Source of the DNA: Eledone cirrhosa
Taxonomy: Eukaryota
Length of the DNA: 64,000 nucleotides
Assembly: GCA_964016885.1 (NCBI GenBank)
Contig: OZ024743.1
Coordinates: forward strand, 329,468,001 to 329,532,000
Reading direction: 5' to 3'
Notes under the pieces: model-generated
What the model was told of the DNA's origin: nothing
The model's input: only the letters and a program-made list of their open reading frames with translations
The model's database searches: none
Program-made: the position numbers and the translations under genes
Shown here: one piece after another, positions 58,901-64,000 of the stretch
How positions within the stretch are numbered: the stretch's first letter is position 1
Layout: the number at the start of each line of letters is the position of its first letter

Positions 58901-60476
58901 AAGGGCAGTAGTTGGTATATTGTAGGATTGTGAAGGGCAATAGTTGGTATATTGTAGGATTGTGAAGGGCAGTAGTTGGTATATTGTAGGACTGTGAAGG
59001 GCAGTGGTTGGTATATTGTAGGACTGTGAAGGGCAATAGTTGGTATATTGTAGGACTGTGAAGGGCAATAGTTGGTATATTGTAGGACTGTGAAGAGCAG
59101 GGGCTGGTATATTGTAGGACTGTGAAGGGCAATAGTTGGTATACTGTAGGACTGTGAAGGGCAGTGGTTGGTATATTGTAGGATTGTGAAGGGCAGTAGT
59201 TGGTATATTGTAGGATTGTGAAGGGCAGTGGTTGGTATATTGTAGGACTGTGAAGAGCAGTGGTTGGTATATTGTAGGACTGTGAAGGGCAGTGGTTGGT
59301 ATATTGTAGGACTGTGAAGGGCAGTAGTTGGTATATTGTAGGATTGTGAAGGGCAGTGGTTGGTATATTGTAGGACTCTGAAGGGCAGTGGTTGGTATAT
59401 TGTAGGACTGTGAAGAGCAGTGGTTGGTATATTGTAGGACTGTGAAGGGCAGTGGTTGGTATATTGTAGGATTGTGAAGGGCAGTGGTTGGTATATTGTA
59501 GGACTCTGAAGGGCAGTGGTTGGTATATTGTAGGACTGTGAAGGGCAGTGGTTTGTATATTGTAGGACTGTCAAGGGCAGTAGTTGGTATATTGTAGGAC
59601 TTTGAAGGGCAGTGGTTGGTATATTGTAGGATTGTGAAGAGCAGTAGTTGGTCTATTGTAGGACTGTGAAGGGCAGTAGTTGGTATATTGTAGGATTGTG
59701 AAGGGCAGTAGTTGGTATATTGTAGGACTGTGAAGGGCAGTAGTTGGTATATTGTAGGATTGTGAAGGGCAGTAGTTGGTATATTGTAGGACTGTGAAGG
59801 GCAGTAGTTGGTATATTGTAGGACTGTGAAGAGCAGTAGTTGGTATATTGTAGGACTGTGAAGGGCAGTAGTTGGTATATTGTAGGACTGTGAAGGGCAG
59901 TGGTTGGTATATTGTAGGACTGTGAAGGGCAGTGGTTGGTATATTGTAGGATTGTTAAGGGCAGTAGTTGGTATATTGTAGGACTGTGAAGGGCAGTGGT
60001 TGGTATATTGTAGGATTGTTAAGGGCAGTAGTTGGTATATTGTAGGACTGTGAATGGCAGTGGTTGGTATATTTTAGGACTCTGAAGGGCAGTAGTTGGT
60101 ATATTGTAGGACTGTGGAGGGCAGTAGTTGGTATATTGTAGGACTGTGAAGGGCAGTAGTTGGTATATTGTAGGACTGTGAAGGGCAGTGGTTGGTATAT
60201 TTTAGGACTGTGAAGGGCAGTGGTTGGTATATTGTAGGACTCTGAAGGGCAGTGGTTGGTATATTGTAGGACTGTGAAGGGCAGTAGTTGGTATATCGTA
60301 GGACTCTGAAGGGCAGTGGTTGGTATATTGTAGGATTGTGAAGGGCAGTAGTTGGTATATTGTAGGACTGTGAAGGGCAGTGGTTGATATATTTTAGGAC
60401 TGTGAAGGGCAACGCTGATTTATTGTAGAACTGTGAAGGGAAGTGTTTGGCATATTGTAGGTCTGTGAAGGTCAGC
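52956..60476 (+). repeat. 7.5-kb satellite of a 32-bp unit GGTATATTGTAGGACTGTGAAGGGCAGTRGTT (about 235 units)
   Basis: Continuous head-to-tail units with no spacers. Variants recur in blocks, and the array decays at the right edge. Confidence 0.97.
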
Positions 60477-61274
60477 GGATGTTATTCAACATATAGTTTG
60501 CTGACAGCCAAGTGGCTAATGTATTGTAGGATTGGGAAAAGGTCTTGTTAATCTGGGAAAACAACAACACAAGTTCATATAACTTAACCTTTATTAAAAC
60601 GAAATAAATTTTTTTAATCGTTTTTGTTCAAGTTGATACTCCCGGGTCTCTAATAATCGTCTTCCCCCACTTATTATCCCTCGACCAAACCATTCCTATT
60701 CCCCCCACCCCAACTTATTTAATTTTGCTAATCTATCTCCGGCAAAATTTTATTTTAAGTGATAACATTCCTGCGACAATTAATGTTCTTTATATAATAC
60801 ATTAAAAAACATTATTCCTGACAACAATATAGTACATTACTAGAAAGATATAACGGGTTGGGGTCTCAATGTGTAAACTAAACCACTAATTCTGGTTTTA
60901 AAAAGAATAATTACCGATTCCCCTGCTCAGTTATTCCACCTCCAACCCTATAACTGGGAACCAAGGGTACCTTAATCTTATTGTTGGTGACTGTTACTTC
61001 ACTGAAGTAATATTGATTCTTAATAACGTTGAAACGTGCAAATATGGCGACTATGAGGAAGAAACGATCATAATAATTGTTTATCTGAAAGAAAAAACTG
61101 AAGTTTGGAATATGGAAATTATAGGAGACGAGATGATCTAAAAATATATCGATAGATAGAAATCAATCAGTCAGTGAATAACCTAACCAAACAATAATCG
61201 GCTTTGACAAGTAATCACCAACTGTGATATAATAATTGTGATGTTTAAATCGGCTGTTTACATGCTTGATAAAA

Positions 61275-61343
<69 letters not shown>

Positions 61344-61465
61344 AATAGACACACACGTGCGCACACAAACACACACACACACACACACATATATATATGT
61401 ATGTGTGTGTGTGTGTTTATGTATATACAGTATATGTGCGTGAATGTGTCTTTGCATATGTATAT

Positions 61466-61511
<46 letters not shown>

Positions 61512-61789
61512 TTGTGTGTTTATGTATATATATGTTTATGTGTGTGTCTTTGAATATGTATATGTATATGTATATATATATATATATCTGTGTGTGTGTG
61601 TGTAAGTGTGTGTGTTTATGAATATATATGTGCGTGCGTGTGTCTTTGCATATGCATATGTGTATGTGTATATGTGTGTGTGTGTGTCTGTGTGTTTATA
61701 TATATATGTATAATAAATTAAACTGAGGGTAGAGTTAATTGATGGAACTGACATCATGACGTATTAAATGCAAATTATGTAAATATAGC

Positions 61790-61797
61790 TGCTACTA

Positions 61798-61840
<43 letters not shown>

Positions 61841-61891
61841 AACTACTACTACTGCTACTACTACTACCACCACCACCACCACCACCGCCAT

Positions 61892-61956
<65 letters not shown>

Positions 61957-62110
61957 TTGCTTGTACTGCTGCTAGTACTATTGCAACTGGTGCTTCTATA
62001 ACTGCTGCTATATTTACTACTACTACAACTAGTGCTACTGTTACTACTACTAACACAACTAGTGCTACTATTACTGCTGTTGCTACTACTTCTACTAGTA
62101 GCAACAGCAA
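61790..62110. repeat. (ACT)n/(ACC)n low-complexity tract
   Basis: Direct inspection. Confidence 0.9.
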
Positions 62111-63044
62111 CATCTTTAATTAACATGTTAAACAGAAATGGATTCAGACACAAACAATAGGGGAAACTCAATGATCTTTTGTTTATGGATGACCTCTAGT
62201 CATCCACTTCATATGAGAGACAGCTAGAAACATTTCCGCAGACTTGGATTTGCAAAGTACTTGGATTTGCAAAGGAAATTTTAATATGAGATTTTTATTA
62301 AAAAAATGCACCAAGGCAAAGTTGAGACGAAAATGAATTATGAACTCTAATATATAAATAGAGATAAGAGAATAAGACGTAAACACAAACATGCAAATAC
62401 TTAATCAGAAGAGATAACGAACAACAGATACAAACGAAAGAAAAAGTTAATATTATAGACGTACGAGATTACACTTAAGACAGAAGTTAATGCAAAAATA
62501 AATAAATAAAACCACGTTCTAGCCACAAGTCCATTGTATCGGAGCTGTGATCTCTCAATTCAGAAAAGTAGTGACTCTACCTGGAGCGACTCTGATCCAC
62601 GAGTAACCCACTCTATCGAGTAACCTTACTCCAAAGATCCTTCGGATGGCACTAAGAATATATGTGCTTGATCAAAGATGACAGAAAGCTAAACACAACC
62701 ACCAAGAACAGATGAAAGGCTTGTTTAGAATTATTATATTAGGAGAGAACGCAAAGGGTTGAAACAATACCGAGGTATTTAATTCGACAACAATAGCAAC
62801 AACCTTGTAAACTATGGAGCTAATAACCAGTGTCCCATAAAAAAAGGCAAGGATAAAAATAAGAGTAAAATAAAACAACGAAAAGGAAAATAAAATGGCA
62901 GCTAAGGATGGAGATAAATTGAAAATTGCGATGATTTTGTTAGCATTCCAGGCGACAGCGCTAGAATCCTGTGATTGTTACCAATCCAGGAGTCCTAGTA
63001 ACAGGCATGATGACTCCCGTCAAATATTGAACATACTCATAATT

Positions 63045-63460
63045 GATTCTGCTTTAGTCACAAGGCCAACAATTTTGGGGAGAGGAAAAAGTCGATTAAA
63101 TCGACCCCAGTACATTACTGGTACTTTATTTTATCGACCCCGTAAGTATGAAAGGCAAAGTTTACCTCGGCGGGATTTGAACTCAGACCATAAAGGGCCG
63201 TAACTCTTTGCTGCAAAGCATGACGTCCGACCCTCTACCGATACTGCCAATCTGGCTTCTGATTTAGGCACAAGGCCAACAATTTTGAGGTGGAAGAGAG
63301 ATTCGATTAAATCGATCTCGGTACATTACTGGTGCTTCATTTTATCAATTCCGTAAGGATGAAAGGTCAAGTTAAACTCGGCGGGATTTGAACTATTAAC
63401 GTAAATGGCCATAACTCTATGCTGCAAAGCATTTTTCCCGATGATCTACCGATATTAATT
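63045..63460 (-). mobile_element. Two tandem SINE family A copies
   Basis: ~63045-63252 and ~63255-63460 are reverse complements of the family A consensus. Confidence 0.88.
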
Positions 63461-63771
63461 CTAGCTACAACTTTATATCTATATGATCGAGAGGGAAGCG
63501 CAGAGTTTACGTGGAAGTCATCGTTAGATGGTATGGCGTCTGATACACATTGATATGTGGTCATTAAAGCCGGTCAAGGATAGAATTAGAATTGGGACTA
63601 TAAAAACTTTAATTAGCCAACTGATTGGGGGATTAGGGGATTCCTTATATATAAAGGATATGCATGAAAGATAAAGTTTAAACCATGAAGATAATACGCT
63701 GAAGATGGGTTATGTGTCGCGGGAGGTATGCCAATGTGTGTATGTGTGGGTTTGATCAATATTATAATAAA

Positions 63772-64000
63772 GGCGGTGGATTGGCAGAATCGGTAGAAGG
63801 TCGGACGCCATGCTTTGCAACATAGAGTTACGGTCCTTTACTGTCTGAGTTCAAATCCTGTCGAGGTTAACTTTGCCTTTCATTCTTACGGGGTTGATAA
63901 AATAAAGCACCAGTAACGCACTAGGGTAATTGTGGCAAAGTAGAAACAATTATATTATAATAAAGCAGGTGTGGATTAGCAGTATAGGTAGAGTAACGGA
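63772..64000 (+). mobile_element. SINE family A copy plus the start of another at the window edge
   Basis: 63772-63957 has a TSD-like ATATTATAATAAAG at 63759 and 63952. A second head begins at ~63965. Confidence 0.88.

Noticed and set aside
52942-59574. ORFs up to 1060 aa on the minus strand
   Set aside because: They are translations of a stop-free 32-bp satellite strand, with the same 32-aa period in all three frames.
52956-60476. CRISPR-like array (32-bp repeats)
   Set aside because: Units are contiguous with no unique spacers, there are no cas genes, and the context is eukaryotic.

Overview
AT-rich eukaryotic DNA made almost entirely of repeats. It is most consistent with an octopus/coleoid cephalopod genome; this is inferred from the tRNA-derived Deu/Nin-type SINE family, the RTE LINE peptide fragments and the extreme (TA)n/(CA)n/(TATG)n load. 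No host protein-coding gene can be supported, and nearly all ORFs in the track are translations of microsatellites or satellites. Main content: a 15-kb 8-bp satellite (5893-20912), a 7.5-kb 32-bp satellite (52956-60476), several minisatellites, about 15 copies of one SINE family (four with clear TSDs), decayed RTE and CR1-group LINE fragments, a MITE-like element, and one 5'-truncated Penelope-like retroelement (RT + GIY-YIG, 43585-45393, minus strand). The signal the ORF track misses is a dense set of about 10 type-I hammerhead ribozyme (HHR) motifs, identified by eye. One sits in the Penelope 3' region. The others lie in short non-coding cassettes, mostly next to (TA)n-type microsatellites, and belong to several sequence families with different palindromic stem III sequences. 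Unusual variants include a 104-nt hairpin stem II, a (GAA)n expansion out of the catalytic core, a fold-back palindrome made of two hammerhead 3' halves, and an inverted pair. All RNA folds are manual and unvalidated.
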